Part shown: one piece after another, positions 1 to 10,680 of the stretch
Layout of the letters: the number at the start of each line of letters is the position of its first letter
Position numbering within the stretch: the stretch's first letter is position 1
Assembly (NCBI GenBank): GCA_045642225.1
Contig: JAZUIN010000024.1
Span: 28,984 to 92,983 of the forward strand
Origin: Lachnospiraceae bacterium
Lineage (GTDB): Bacteria; Bacillota; Clostridia; Lachnospirales; Lachnospiraceae
Length of the DNA: 64,000 bases
Reading direction: 5' to 3'
Made by a program: the position numbers and the translations under genes
Notes under the pieces: generated by a model
The model's database searches: none
Told to the model about the DNA's origin: nothing
Seen by the model: only the letters and a program-made list of their open reading frames with translations

Positions 1-114
1 ATCAGACAAAGCCTGCATAGCAGGTCTTAACGCTTCTATTTTATCAACTATTGGCGTAATCCTTTTTATTTCTCTACTACTATGTGTTCCAAATATACTA
101 TCTATAATTCCCAT
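1..114 (-). CDS. secA: Preprotein translocase ATPase SecA, N-terminal 38 codons only (the gene runs off the left edge)
   Basis: Reverse-strand translation from the ATG at 114..112 gives [38 protein letters not shown], which matches the conserved clostridial SecA N-terminus. A GGAG Shine-Dalgarno lies 8 nt upstream. It is truncated, so it is absent from the ORF track. Confidence 0.75.
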   Translation of the reverse strand, partial: MGIIDSIFGTHSSREIKRITPIVDKIEALRPAMQALSD

Positions 115-145
115 ATCTAAATCTCCTTTTTATATATCAAGGTAT

Positions 146-154
146 ATTATAACA
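146..154 (-). promoter_or_regulatory. Candidate extended -10 promoter (TGTTATAAT) for secA
   Basis: The minus strand reads TGT-TATAAT about 30 nt upstream of the secA start. No good -35 was seen. Confidence 0.4.
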
Positions 155-216
155 CATTTAACGACTTAGAGAAATACTACCACTGCATCAATCCAAATAC
201 ACAAATGCTATTTCTC

Positions 217-274
217 TATAAAATAGAGCGGATACCTTATCGACTTTCTCGTCATCGAGTAAGATATCCGCTCT
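217..274 (-). terminator. Long hairpin with a U-rich tail (intrinsic terminator-like) ending the ORF-free unit upstream of secA
   Basis: AGAGCGGATA (225..234) pairs with TATCCGCTCT (265..274), with further inner pairing. On the minus strand it is followed by ATTTTAT. Confidence 0.55.
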
Positions 275-927
275 AATTAGATTCTTCGCTTTCGTTGTAC
301 AATGGACTGTACCACCTTTCCTATATTTTGTTTTATCTATGTGATTGTATTTTTTTATTAACAATCTTTTGATCTATTAAATTTTCATCTATAATCGTTC
401 TTCTCTAGGGTATTATCCGATTCATCGATTTCATTTTTCGATCTATCTTTACACTTACTCAATTTATCTGACTTTCATTCCTTTGTCTTTTTACTCTTCT
501 CTTTCGCTTTACCGCTTAGCTTAAATAGCTTCTATTTAAAAGTTGGATTCTCGTCCAAATCGAATAAGGTCTCAACATATACCAGTTGAGTCTGGTTCCG
601 TTCTTCAATTAATTATGCTGGTGGTCCGTACCCCCTTTCTTTAGAAATCTCATTATATATTCTCTCCTCTGAGAGTCTTGGTGCTTTATCAATGACCTGC
701 CGACCTAAAGTTCCACTTCTATGGTAACTATTCTTTTCTCTTCTCCCGATAGTCACACCTTTTATATTCGACTTAACTTTTTCTTTCCTAGTGTAACTTC
801 AGGTCAACCAACCAGTCATCTTTTATTAAAAAGTATTGTCCACGATATCCTTTCTTCATCGCTGGTAAAAACCTATCTTACAATACTTTTAAATATCTTA
901 TTTTGTTTCCGTGTTGTTTATGAGATA

Positions 928-956
928 AATATACACTCTATTCCTTCTTTTGTCAA
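928..956 (-). promoter_or_regulatory. Near-consensus sigma-A type promoter pointing into the ORF-free region
   Basis: Minus strand: TTGACA (956..951), a 17 nt spacer, then TATATT (933..928). Confidence 0.55.
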
Positions 957-1054
957 CAACTTTTTGCAAAATTTTTTATTTTTTCTTAAATTGTCTGAAT
1001 TTTGTACAAAACTCTATGTATTTTTACACAACTCTACGTCATTTTGCTATACAT

Positions 1055-1084
1055 AAAAAAACTTGGTAGCTATTAGCTACCAAG
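1055..1084 (-). terminator. Intrinsic terminator of map (the stem overlaps the stop codon)
   Basis: CTTGGTAGC/GCTACCAAG stem (1062..1070 / 1076..1084), followed on the minus strand by TTTTTTT. Confidence 0.7.
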
Positions 1085-1946
1085 AAATCATTTCATATCC
1101 ATCTTCAGTTACTAAGATCTGATATTCCCATTGTGCCGATGGCAATCCATCAAGCGTAGATACTTCCCATCCATTTTCTACATCAGTTTTAATAGAATGC
1201 TTACCCATATTAATCATCGGCTCTATCGTAAACATCATTCCAGGAACCATAAGCATTCCTTCTCCCGGATCACTAACGAAGCTAACCCAAGGTTCTTCAT
1301 GAAACTCTAGTCCAACACCGTGTCCACCAATTTCGCGAACAACAGTATATCCATTATCATGAGCATGTTTTTTAACTGCTGCACCTACATTTCCAATTGG
1401 CTCCCAAGGAACTACGTGCTTCAAACCAATATCACAGCACTCCTTTGTCACTTCAACTAATTTCTTAACTTCAGGCTTAACATCGCCTATCATAAACATT
1501 CTTGATGAATCTGAAAAATATCCATCTAATATAGTTGAACAATCAACATTTACAATATCTCCAGATTTAAGAACAACATCCTTAGATGGAAACCCGTGAC
1601 ATACTTGATCATTTACAGAAGTACATACCGAAAATGGAAATCCCTCATAGTTAAGAGGTGCAGGAATTCCGCCCATCTTAGTTGTAACATCATAAACTAA
1701 ATCATTTATCTCTAAAGTATTCATTCCTTCGTGAATATTTTCTTCGATAGCATCAAGGCAAGCCATATTTATTTTGGCACTTTCTTTGATTTTCTCTACT
1801 TCACAAGGAACCTTTATCAAATCATGATCTGGAACTTCAAACCCTTGATTATACATGCTCAACAGCTTTCTATCAAAAGCCTCATGACACTGTTTATATT
1901 TTTTCCCGCTAAGACACCAACATGGTGAATTTCTTCCGATTTTCAT
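1077..1946 (-). CDS. map: Type I methionine aminopeptidase with an N-terminal SEC-C zinc motif
   Basis: N-terminal NSPCWCLSGKKYKQCH (SEC-C motif). M24A core motifs are present, including the HGxG/EPM-type metal-ligand regions (GGHGVG, FTIEPM). Confidence 0.9.
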   Translation of the reverse strand: MKIGRNSPCWCLSGKKYKQCHEAFDRKLLSMYNQGFEVPDHDLIKVPCEVEKIKESAKINMACLDAIEENIHEGMNTLEINDLVYDVTTKMGGIPAPLNYEGFPFSVCTSVNDQVCHGFPSKDVVLKSGDIVNVDCSTILDGYFSDSSRMFMIGDVKPEVKKLVEVTKECCDIGLKHVVPWEPIGNVGAAVKKHAHDNGYTVVREIGGHGVGLEFHEEPWVSFVSDPGEGMLMVPGMMFTIEPMINMGKHSIKTDVENGWEVSTLDGLPSAQWEYQILVTEDGYEMISW

Positions 1947-1967
1947 TTGTAAAATGTAAATCCCTTC

Positions 1968-2723
1968 CTATTTTTTCGAATTTAATGCTTCTTTCATCTG
2001 ATCTGTAAGACCATTTATATAATTTACTTTATCATGCTTTAATGTAATATCTCCAAAAGTTACTTTCTTCCACAAATCTTCATTTACTTCTATTTTGTAA
2101 TCCTTTTCGAGCATCTCTTTATACATATTTCCATCAAAGTTGTATTCAAAATAATTTACATCTTTTTCTTTGGTAAGCTTCTCTTGATATTTCTCACCTA
2201 ATGCAATTTCTTCCATTGTTGCATTGATATACTCTTTGCTTGTTGGCAAATGACTTAATTGATAATCAAACAAATCCTCCCAAAAATCTTTCTGTTTGTT
2301 CGCAAGAATAGTTCTTTCTTCTTCAGTAAGAGTCATATTATTCTTTGAAGCAAGATTATACATTATCCTATCGTGAATTGCCATTTGCAACGCACTATCC
2401 TTTGCAGAATCAGACACAAAATGTCCGTTAAGATGTAGATTCCAATAATCCTTTGTAGACTCTGAATTATACACTTTGGCTTCCTTCTCAACTACATTTT
2501 CTTCATATAAGACATAAAATGACAAATCTTCAAAGGTTAGTATTTCGCCGTTAATCTTAACTACTGTATCTTCCAAATGGTCCGCAAAAACGAACTTCTC
2601 TCTGTTAAGAATTGTCTTATACGCAACAACTGAGAGTATTGCGAAAAGCACCACAAGAGCTATTATAGTTATTATTATATTTTTCTTCTTACTTACAGGT
2701 TTATTTTTTTGTTTATCTGACAT
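1968..2723 (-). CDS. Membrane-anchored hypothetical protein
   Basis: ORF 1968..2750. The most likely start is the ATG at 2723 (MSDKQK...), preceded by AAGGAAG. The ORF-track start at 2750 is a TTG. A Lys-rich N-terminus is followed by one TM helix (IIITIIALVVLFAILSVVAY). No family was recognised. Confidence 0.6.
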   Translation of the reverse strand: MSDKQKNKPVSKKKNIIITIIALVVLFAILSVVAYKTILNREKFVFADHLEDTVVKINGEILTFEDLSFYVLYEENVVEKEAKVYNSESTKDYWNLHLNGHFVSDSAKDSALQMAIHDRIMYNLASKNNMTLTEEERTILANKQKDFWEDLFDYQLSHLPTSKEYINATMEEIALGEKYQEKLTKEKDVNYFEYNFDGNMYKEMLEKDYKIEVNEDLWKKVTFGDITLKHDKVNYINGLTDQMKEALNSKK

Positions 2724-2782
2724 AGCACTTCCTTTGGTTATTTGTTCCAAATCAAGTTATTTATACAACTAGCTCAAAAAGA

Positions 2783-3886
2783 CTATACATATCTTCTTAT
2801 ACCAAGAATTGTCTTACAGTTAACTGGTCTATCATGAGTAATACCGCAACGACTATTCTTAGCTTCAACAATCATCCCCGCTCCGTCATATATTGCAACG
2901 TGATTTGGATATACAACAACATCACCCGCTTGCATACATTCGTAACTTACTTCTTGACCGCCACTCAAGAAAGCGTCAGACTGTCTTGGTGAACTTATTC
3001 CAAAATGTTGTAATACCAAATGTACAAATCCTGAACAGTCACAACCCTCTGTAAGAGAATTTCCTCCCCATACATATGGATTACCAACAAACTGACATGC
3101 ATAGCTTACAATAGCTCCACCACCAGTACCAGTAACTCCGCCAGGATTCTTTCCGCCACCTGATACAGAAGATGAATTACTTTTCTGAGTTGCTGTCTGT
3201 CCAGCCGCTCTACTTGCTGCAGCTTGTTGAGCTGCAAGTTGTTTTGCTTTAGCTAATTGCTGGTCAAAATCTTTAACTTGTGTTTTCTTAGTTGCAATCA
3301 TTGAATCAAGAGACTTCTTCTGGGCTGCAAGCCTATTCTGTTGAGATTGTAAATTAGTCTTCTCTCGCTCTAAATTAGCCTTCATACTCTTAATTTCTTC
3401 TACTAGAGATTGATATGTCTCTAGCTGCTCTCTATCATAAGTATACACAGTATTTGCATACTCTACTCTATTGACAAATTCAGAAATAGTACCCGACTCT
3501 AAAAATATGGTAACTACACTATCGTCACCCTTCTCGTACATATACTTCATACGTACTTTCATATCGTCATACTTCTTATCTGCCGCCTTTTGAGCATCTG
3601 CCATATCTTGCTGGGCATCTTTAATTTCTTGATTAGTCTCTGCAATATCAGCTTCTAATTCATTAATGCTAGAAAGCACTCCTACTAATTCTGAATCTAA
3701 AGCTTTTATTTCTTGTTGTAGCTTCTCTTTCTCAGATGTAAGCTGACTTACAGACTTTGCAGCTTGTGATACTATTGTACCTGTCATTAGCATAGTAAAT
3801 ACAACTGCTATAGCAGCAACTCTTTCCATTGTTTTTCTTTTAAAATGTATTTTTTTACCCTTAAAGAACTTCCAACTCTTTTTCAT
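2783..3886 (-). CDS. Secreted NlpC/P60 peptidoglycan endopeptidase with an N-terminal coiled-coil region (CwlO-like architecture)
   Basis: A signal/TM segment is followed by long Q/E/K-rich heptad-like sequence and a Gly/Ser linker. The C-terminal motif YVWGG...CDCSGF...H is typical of the NlpC/P60 Cys-His catalytic core. Confidence 0.85.
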   Translation of the reverse strand: MKKSWKFFKGKKIHFKRKTMERVAAIAVVFTMLMTGTIVSQAAKSVSQLTSEKEKLQQEIKALDSELVGVLSSINELEADIAETNQEIKDAQQDMADAQKAADKKYDDMKVRMKYMYEKGDDSVVTIFLESGTISEFVNRVEYANTVYTYDREQLETYQSLVEEIKSMKANLEREKTNLQSQQNRLAAQKKSLDSMIATKKTQVKDFDQQLAKAKQLAAQQAAASRAAGQTATQKSNSSSVSGGGKNPGGVTGTGGGAIVSYACQFVGNPYVWGGNSLTEGCDCSGFVHLVLQHFGISSPRQSDAFLSGGQEVSYECMQAGDVVVYPNHVAIYDGAGMIVEAKNSRCGITHDRPVNCKTILGIRRYV

Positions 3887-3974
3887 ATTTTCTCCTTAAG
3901 CCGTACAATAAATATTAACCTCTATAGTAAGCTCGAATAACTATTTTATCCAACGCTTTAATACAATGTATCTC

Positions 3975-5879
3975 TTAGTTTCTATTCTCCAATAAAAAGC
4001 TTACAAAATCATCTCTTTTAATAGGTTTAGAAAAATAATATCCTTGGATATAGTCACAACCAATTTCTTTTAACTTCTCATATTGCTCTTTTGTCTCGAC
4101 ACCCTCAGCTACAACTTTTGCATCTATAGAATGAATTACATTTTGCATTTTCTCAAACAACACTTGATGCTTCTCTTCACCGTTAGAATATTGAGTCATT
4201 TCTTTGTCGAACTTAACGATCCTAAATTCTGACTCTACCATTCTCTCAATATTAGCATAACCAGAACCGAAATCATCAAGCGCCAAAGTATATCCCATAT
4301 CCCCTAAAGTCTCCAAATTTCGTTTGAATACTGCTGGCGAATAATTAGATGCCGTTTCAGTGACCTCTAAGCATAGGTACTTTGGATCAATATTATGCTT
4401 TTTAACAATTGCATCAACAGTTTCTATGAAATCTTTTTGTAAGCACTGAATCACAGAAAGATTCAATTCGATATAATGAAGCCCTAATTCATCCATATCA
4501 TTTTTTTCGATAAAATCACATACACTATCTAATACAAAATTACCTATTTGGACAATGGAGCCACACTCTTCTGCTATAGGAATAAATTCTGCTGGAGAAA
4601 TAGGTCCAAGCTCTGGATCCGTTAATCTTAGTAACGCCTCAGCAGTTACAAATTCTTCACTTTCTAAGAGCTTAATAGGTTGATACACAACTTCAAAATT
4701 ATTGTTTCTTAATCCGTCGTTAATTGCATTTTCAACTTGCTTCTTTCGAATATATTCATTAATGTTCAAATCTTCTATTGGAACATATCCCTTACTTCCT
4801 TTTGTCATCTGTACGAAATGTCTCAAGTAGGAATTACATGTTTCAATATTTTTGACATGATTTGGATATATTATGCACGAAACTAGAATATCACAATAAA
4901 TCTCTATTCCATCCAACTCCCAAGTTTTATCAAGCTCTTTAAACAATTCTTCGGACATTCGTTCTACATTTTTAACATCTAATGTAGATATTGCTATTGT
5001 AGATTCTGATATACGAAATGCTGTTCCAAACTTATATTTATGACCAATATATGTGGCAACACGTTCACCTAATCGCTTAATATTTCGACTTCCAAAAATG
5101 TCGCATAAGCCTCCATAATTTGATATCTTAACCAAAATCAAAGCTATAGGCATCTTGTTACGAATACTACGACTAGTCTGCTCATACAAATAATTATCTT
5201 CAACTAATCTAGTTTCTTCTTCAACTCTAATTCTATTATGTTCATCAAAGAAGAACATAACTATTGCTGACAACGACAACATGTATCCTCTCACCAAACA
5301 ATGCGAATTAAAATACTGGAATACAATCGCCGCAGTATTAAGAACAACAACAAAGATTATCATTCTAATAAATTGTTGCTTAAACCATTTTCGATTTTTT
5401 AAAATGTAAATTACTGCCCACAAAAAATATGCTAGTGGTGTAACAAAAATCACACCATACAAAAACCCTCTTTGAAACCCACTTTCACGTGTATATGTAA
5501 ATACAGTTCCCAATAAAGGATTCATTAATATAATCACCAACACCAAAAGAATTGGCGCATATATAGCTACCCTCTTGGCAACAGCTTGCTTACTTCGCAT
5601 TTCAACTTGTGAAATAACATACACTAAGAATACAAATGTTGTTATAACATGCGAAATGTAATATGCCATATTAGAAACCATAATCATATTTACACTAGCA
5701 TTTCTCTCAATAGCAATTGTCCCCCACAAATCAGTAATAGGTACAAGCGCTGCTGAAACAGTCAATATCATTAACTGAATAAAGGTTTCATCAAATATAT
5801 GTTTTCTAGCTAAGACAAAGCACATAAGCACGGCAAATGCAATCAATGCTGCTATATCATAGTGAAAAATATATGACAT
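3975..5879 (-). CDS. Integral-membrane c-di-GMP phosphodiesterase (multi-TM N-terminus, degenerate GGDEF-like middle, EAL domain)
   Basis: EAL-domain motifs: YQPI, EALLR, DDFGSGY, KFDK, AEGVET, QGYYFSKP. The N-terminal ~220 aa are strongly hydrophobic. Confidence 0.85.
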   Translation of the reverse strand: MSYIFHYDIAALIAFAVLMCFVLARKHIFDETFIQLMILTVSAALVPITDLWGTIAIERNASVNMIMVSNMAYYISHVITTFVFLVYVISQVEMRSKQAVAKRVAIYAPILLVLVIILMNPLLGTVFTYTRESGFQRGFLYGVIFVTPLAYFLWAVIYILKNRKWFKQQFIRMIIFVVVLNTAAIVFQYFNSHCLVRGYMLSLSAIVMFFFDEHNRIRVEEETRLVEDNYLYEQTSRSIRNKMPIALILVKISNYGGLCDIFGSRNIKRLGERVATYIGHKYKFGTAFRISESTIAISTLDVKNVERMSEELFKELDKTWELDGIEIYCDILVSCIIYPNHVKNIETCNSYLRHFVQMTKGSKGYVPIEDLNINEYIRKKQVENAINDGLRNNNFEVVYQPIKLLESEEFVTAEALLRLTDPELGPISPAEFIPIAEECGSIVQIGNFVLDSVCDFIEKNDMDELGLHYIELNLSVIQCLQKDFIETVDAIVKKHNIDPKYLCLEVTETASNYSPAVFKRNLETLGDMGYTLALDDFGSGYANIERMVESEFRIVKFDKEMTQYSNGEEKHQVLFEKMQNVIHSIDAKVVAEGVETKEQYEKLKEIGCDYIQGYYFSKPIKRDDFVSFLLENRN

Positions 5880-5897
5880 ATATAGTCCCCCTTCAAA

Positions 5898-7064
5898 TTA
5901 TCTTGACTGATTTTCAATGAAATCTGTAATCTCTTCTCTTGCTTTGCAATTAATCTTCTGGCGCTGAACACGTCTCATCTCATTACGGTTCTCTTTGAGA
6001 AGTAATCGATTAATTGCCGGAATAAGTTCCTTAGATATATTCTTTACATATTTACTTATTCCATTTTCATTAAAATATTTAACATTATAGGACTCACATC
6101 CTGGTATTGGCGAAATATGTATTAATGGCACATTTGCAACTGCTGCCTCAGTTGATGACAATCCACCTGGCTTAGATATCACAATATCACTAGCCTTCAT
6201 ATAATTGCCAATCAATGGTGTCGACGTAATGATATCCACATTATCTGAATACTTCTTACATAAAGTTGTATACAAAGATTTATTGTTACCGCAAATGACT
6301 ATTGCCTTAAGTCGTTTTCCTCTACCTTCACCAACAACCTTGTCATTATATCGTCTACAATATTCTACTAACATATCATATACGCGATTTATATCGCCGG
6401 CGCCAACACTTCCTCCAGCCACAAGAATATATCTACAATTCTTGTCAAGTCCTAACACCTCTTTGTTATCATTCTTCTCTATCTCGTAGGCTTTACCATT
6501 TATACAATGTCTGTCAAATGCTTCTCTAACCGGAATTCCAAGCGGAACAAGCTTCAAAGGATCTGCTTTCTTCTTAACAAAATCTTGTATTTGATCTTCT
6601 CCTGGTACGAAGAAATAATCAGGCTCAGTCTCTGAAGTAAATGGAATACATACATAATCCGTTGCAATGTGGTATACCTTAGGGAGCTTAATACCTCTAT
6701 TTCTAAGCATCGTTAGCATTTCCCCTGGGTAAATGTGTGACGTAATAATTCCATCAAAATCATTTTCTAATAAATAATCTCTAAGTCTTAAAGTAGCTCT
6801 GAAATTAGCAAAATATACAGGCGACTTAAAAGGCAACATACTTACTTTCTCGCCTGCGCGATAAAGCCCACCAAAAACCTTAGGCATAACCTGCACTAAC
6901 TTAACATAAGCTCCTCCAACTGCTTCACTAGTAATATCACTTATAAGAGTGTATGGGTCCATAAATACAACTTCATGTCCTCTTTTCTCTAACTCTTCCT
7001 TGATAGCGAGTGCAGCCGTATTATGACCGCCACCTGTGCTACAAGACATTATTAAATATCTCAC
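5898..7064 (-). CDS. MGDG-synthase-family (GT28-like) diacylglycerol glycosyltransferase
   Basis: The N-terminal STGGGHN motif and overall length are typical of UgtP/MGDG synthase-type enzymes. The GTG start overlaps the plsY stop (GTGA). Confidence 0.7.
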   Translation of the reverse strand: MRYLIMSCSTGGGHNTAALAIKEELEKRGHEVVFMDPYTLISDITSEAVGGAYVKLVQVMPKVFGGLYRAGEKVSMLPFKSPVYFANFRATLRLRDYLLENDFDGIITSHIYPGEMLTMLRNRGIKLPKVYHIATDYVCIPFTSETEPDYFFVPGEDQIQDFVKKKADPLKLVPLGIPVREAFDRHCINGKAYEIEKNDNKEVLGLDKNCRYILVAGGSVGAGDINRVYDMLVEYCRRYNDKVVGEGRGKRLKAIVICGNNKSLYTTLCKKYSDNVDIITSTPLIGNYMKASDIVISKPGGLSSTEAAVANVPLIHISPIPGCESYNVKYFNENGISKYVKNISKELIPAINRLLLKENRNEMRRVQRQKINCKAREEITDFIENQSR

Positions 7065-7738
7065 TCTTCAATCTCTTCCTTTCGGTAATTATATACTTGC
7101 CACTTAAATATACTTACAGAAACATTATTTCTTTCTTCTTTGCTATAGGCAAGTCGTACGCACACCATAACAGTTGTTATAGCGTAAAATAGTATCACTG
7201 CAGTTCTCTGCCCCATGAAAAACACTGCTATACTTGCTGCAATATATGTTGCAATCGTCTTATAGAAGTCAGGCATAATAACAATTATTGCTGAAAATGC
7301 AATAAATGTAACTGCTAGTATCAATGCTGGCCTAAGATCAGGTAAAAAGCCTAGCAAAACACCAAAGCTTGTTGCTATACCTTTACCGCCTTGAAATTTA
7401 CTGTATAGCGGTAATATATGACCAATCACTGGCATAACCATAACAACGCCCATTAATATTTCATCATGAAATCTACCATCAACAAACATCAAACAAAAGA
7501 ACACTGGCAAGAACCCTTTTGCAAGGTCACATATAACAGTCAAACTTCCACATATAAATCCGCCCTTTTGAAATGCGTTAAAGGTACCTGGATTATTATC
7601 TACAGTATCTTTCGTTATGTCTTTCTTACTAATTAATCGACCCCATACTTTCGCAAACAATATGCTTCCTAGCAAATATCCAATTGCCGCAAATATCAAA
7701 TAACTAGCATATTTATTTTCTGCCAAAATATCAATCAT
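7061..7738 (-). CDS. plsY: Glycerol-3-phosphate acyltransferase PlsY (acyl-phosphate dependent)
   Basis: Motifs GYLLGSI, NPGTFNAF, DxxKGxxPV and GGKG, plus multiple TM helices. The likely start is the ATG at 7738 (MIDILAEN), preceded by GAGGA. The ORF track extends to 7786. Confidence 0.8.
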   Translation of the reverse strand: MIDILAENKYASYLIFAAIGYLLGSILFAKVWGRLISKKDITKDTVDNNPGTFNAFQKGGFICGSLTVICDLAKGFLPVFFCLMFVDGRFHDEILMGVVMVMPVIGHILPLYSKFQGGKGIATSFGVLLGFLPDLRPALILAVTFIAFSAIIVIMPDFYKTIATYIAASIAVFFMGQRTAVILFYAITTVMVCVRLAYSKEERNNVSVSIFKWQVYNYRKEEIEE

Positions 7739-7834
7739 AACTCTATCCTCGTAAATTAATGTATAGTTATAGATATTAATATACATTCTATTCTATTATA
7801 CAAGTTTTATACAACAATTATCAAGTTGAATATT

Positions 7835-7861
7835 AAAAAAGCGAGGCTAAATTGCCTCGCT
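7835..7861 (-). terminator. Intrinsic terminator downstream of the MCP gene
   Basis: AGCGAGGC/GCCTCGCT stem followed by TTTTTT on the minus strand. Confidence 0.75.
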
Positions 7862-7883
7862 CAAATGTAAATTCTTAAGATAA

Positions 7884-9623
7884 CTAAACTTTATATTTAC
7901 TAATATTATCATCCATTCCATATACTGCGTCTAACGTTGCCTTCGTTGTTTCTTGCTCTTCAATCATCAATGTTCTCAAATCGCCAAGAACTTCGTTAAC
8001 CTCATTAACTTCATGGTTACTTGATTCAGACTCATCTTTAATCTTCTCCATAGCCGTCTGAATCTTTTCAACAGACTTGTAGAATTCATTAATAACAGTA
8101 GTTAGCTCATTCATATTGTCACTCATTTTAACTGTGTTATCACTAACTTCTCCACTAATTTCAGCAAAGCTTTCATAATCAGCTACAACTTTATTTCCAA
8201 GCAAATCCAACATCTTCTTAGAAACATCTGACAATCCTTTAATTGCTTCCATAACATCTGTTGACACTTGTTGAATCTCATTTGCGGCAGCATTCGTATC
8301 CGCAGCCAAAGAACTGATTTCTGATGCAACTACAGCAAATCCTCTTCCAGCTTCTCCAGCTCTTGCCGCTTCAATAGATGCGTTGAGTGCAAGCAAATTC
8401 GTCTGATCTGAAATGCTAAGAATAGCATCCGAAAGATTATGAATTTGTTCAACAGCTTTAGACTTTTCTTGCTCAACTTCAAGCTGTTCACGCATTTCAT
8501 TAAGATTATTGTGAATGCTACTTGTTGCCTTTCTAGCAACCTCAGATAACTCTCTTACATTATTCTTGCTAGAAGAAATCTGATTAGTATTTTCTTTGGT
8601 TATTTCAACAATATGTTCTGCATTATGAATTACGTCATCTGTTACCGTCTTCGTCTCCGCGATAGATTGAGAAATGTTCTCACTAGATATAACCATGCTG
8701 TCCATAGTTGTCGATAACTCATCTAACTGTTCACCTGATGTAGACATGCTTGTATTAATCTGCGTCACATCCTGTTTAACCTTATTGCTTCCGTTTGAAA
8801 CTTCTCCAATCGTCTTATGAGTCTTCTCTAACAACTTGTTAAAATCAGTTGCAATAATCTCAAACTCATCACCTGTTTTAATAGTAATTCTCTTAGTTAA
8901 ATCACCGTTATCTTTTGCAACTTCATTAATAGCTTCATCAAGCTTCTTGAAATTTCTTTTAATCGTTTTAGAGAACAACAAGCTGATTACTGTAGCAATA
9001 ATTACGGCTACAACAACACTAATTAAAATGTTTATTGCCAAACTAAAATACGTTCCATCAAGTACAGTTGCATCATAATCAAGACCAACAATTGCAACTA
9101 CTTCGCCGTTACTTGTTTTAATAGGAGCATACGCTGTATAAAATGTTCCAAATTCATCTTCAGTTTGATTTTTATTAACTGCCGCAGTTCCTGACCACGC
9201 GCTTTCCATCTCTTCTTCTGTATCGATTTCTTCGCCATAAGGTACAGGATTTTCTTTATCAGTATCTAAAATGTAATGGAATTTTCCATCTTCTAGCTTT
9301 GCCAACGCATAGATAAACTTAACTTTACCTGAATCAAGAAATGTAGATAGGAAGCTGTCTAAATTCTTATAATACTTTGACGCTTCTCCTTTTTCCTTTG
9401 CATCTACCACCTGTTCAGGTGTAATGCATTCGCTCGCCACGCCGTCATTAACCAACTTTGCAACATTCTCTGCTTGTCTTAAAGTTTGGTCTTTGGTTGT
9501 TGCCAACACCTGCGAACGCATAGTCATAAAACTTACAAAACCAACTAGGATTGTAGTTATAATAACCATTGCTATTGTAACGATGAAAATCCGATTAGAA
9601 ATACTAATTTTTCTTGTCTTCAT
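7884..9623 (-). CDS. Methyl-accepting chemotaxis protein (periplasmic Cache-like sensor, HAMP, MA signalling domain)
   Basis: Two TM segments flank a ~170 aa ectodomain. The conserved MCP hairpin motif [27 protein letters not shown] is present. Confidence 0.9.
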   Translation of the reverse strand: MKTRKISISNRIFIVTIAMVIITTILVGFVSFMTMRSQVLATTKDQTLRQAENVAKLVNDGVASECITPEQVVDAKEKGEASKYYKNLDSFLSTFLDSGKVKFIYALAKLEDGKFHYILDTDKENPVPYGEEIDTEEEMESAWSGTAAVNKNQTEDEFGTFYTAYAPIKTSNGEVVAIVGLDYDATVLDGTYFSLAINILISVVVAVIIATVISLLFSKTIKRNFKKLDEAINEVAKDNGDLTKRITIKTGDEFEIIATDFNKLLEKTHKTIGEVSNGSNKVKQDVTQINTSMSTSGEQLDELSTTMDSMVISSENISQSIAETKTVTDDVIHNAEHIVEITKENTNQISSSKNNVRELSEVARKATSSIHNNLNEMREQLEVEQEKSKAVEQIHNLSDAILSISDQTNLLALNASIEAARAGEAGRGFAVVASEISSLAADTNAAANEIQQVSTDVMEAIKGLSDVSKKMLDLLGNKVVADYESFAEISGEVSDNTVKMSDNMNELTTVINEFYKSVEKIQTAMEKIKDESESSNHEVNEVNEVLGDLRTLMIEEQETTKATLDAVYGMDDNISKYKV

Positions 9624-9649
9624 ACAATCATATCCCCCTAGATATAAGC

Positions 9650-10537
9650 TTAGTCTTCTCTCTTATCTCCCCAGAAGAATAAAGCAACTGTTCCTGGACC
9701 TGTATGACTACCAATTGTAGTACCAATATAAAAGATCTCAACCTTGCCATTCATCTTAGTAAATGTTTCTTCTACTAAGTCTGCTACAGCTCTTGCATCT
9801 TCTTCACACGCTGAATGAGAAATGAAAACTTTACCAGTATAGTTCTCTCCATCAACAGCATGCTCAACCATACGTTGAACAGTCTCTTTATATGCTTTCT
9901 TTTTTGTTCTAATTTTGAAACGAGGAATCAATCTTCCCAAGTAATCCATATTAAGTAATGGACAAATATTTAACATTTGACCAACGAAGCCCGATGTCTT
10001 AGATACTCTTCCTCCCTTAATGTAAAATGTTAAATCTGTAGAGAAGAACCAGTGATGTAATCTAAGTCTGTTCTCTTCAGCCCAGTCTCTTAACTCATCA
10101 ATTCCCATTCCTTCTTTCTTCTTTGTAGCAAGAGTATCCATCAAAAGACCGTAACCTGATGATGCACCCAATGAATCTACAATGTAAATCTTTCTATCTG
10201 GATAATCTTCTTCTAGCATTTGCTTTGCAACATTTGCAGAATTAAACGAACCTGACAAACCTGTTGAAAGTGTAACATGTAAAATGTCCTTACCTTCTTT
10301 TAAGAATGGTTCAAAATATTCTACATACTCTTCCACATTAACTTGTGAAGTCTTTGTATCTGAACCATTTGCCATTCTTTGATAAAAATCTTCAAACTTA
10401 ATTGTTTGTCCCAAATCATCTGGATAGCTTACTCCGTCTAACTCATAATGAAAAAATACACATTTAACATCGATTTTTTCAAAGTACTCCTTTGTTAAAT
10501 CTGCAGTTGAACAACAGCTCAATACATAATCACTCAT
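9650..10537 (-). CDS. DegV family fatty-acid-binding protein (FakB-like)
   Basis: Typical DegV length and motifs (CCSTADL, SLSGSxN-like [19 protein letters not shown]). AAGGAG Shine-Dalgarno. Confidence 0.85.
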   Translation of the reverse strand: MSDYVLSCCSTADLTKEYFEKIDVKCVFFHYELDGVSYPDDLGQTIKFEDFYQRMANGSDTKTSQVNVEEYVEYFEPFLKEGKDILHVTLSTGLSGSFNSANVAKQMLEEDYPDRKIYIVDSLGASSGYGLLMDTLATKKKEGMGIDELRDWAEENRLRLHHWFFSTDLTFYIKGGRVSKTSGFVGQMLNICPLLNMDYLGRLIPRFKIRTKKKAYKETVQRMVEHAVDGENYTGKVFISHSACEEDARAVADLVEETFTKMNGKVEIFYIGTTIGSHTGPGTVALFFWGDKRED

Positions 10538-10680
10538 TTTAATGACTCCTTTTTATTAGTTTCTTTTATTAGTATTTTAAATTCCCATTTTATTTCTATC
10601 TCAATGTATAAATCCCATTAAATCATTATAGCTTAAAATAGCTATCTAATAAACAAAAATTTTCAAATTATATCTACAAT

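Noticed and set aside
309-316. GGTGGTAC on the minus strand, about 35 nt upstream of the long hairpin. It resembles the core of the T-box antiterminator sequence.
   Set aside because: Only the 8-mer matches. The flanking conserved T-box bases (...ACCGCG) are absent, as are Stem I features (specifier loop, AGAGA/GNGA elements). The downstream gene secA is not an aminoacyl-tRNA-related target and has its own promoter. An 8-mer is expected by chance about once or twice in 64 kb on both strands.
721-1056. 111-aa plus-strand ORF in the map-secA interval
   Set aside because: It has no Shine-Dalgarno. The composition is low-complexity and pyrimidine-rich (F/L/S-rich) and lies antisense to a purine-rich strand. 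It has no recognisable motif, and its 3' end abuts the map terminator (1055..1084).
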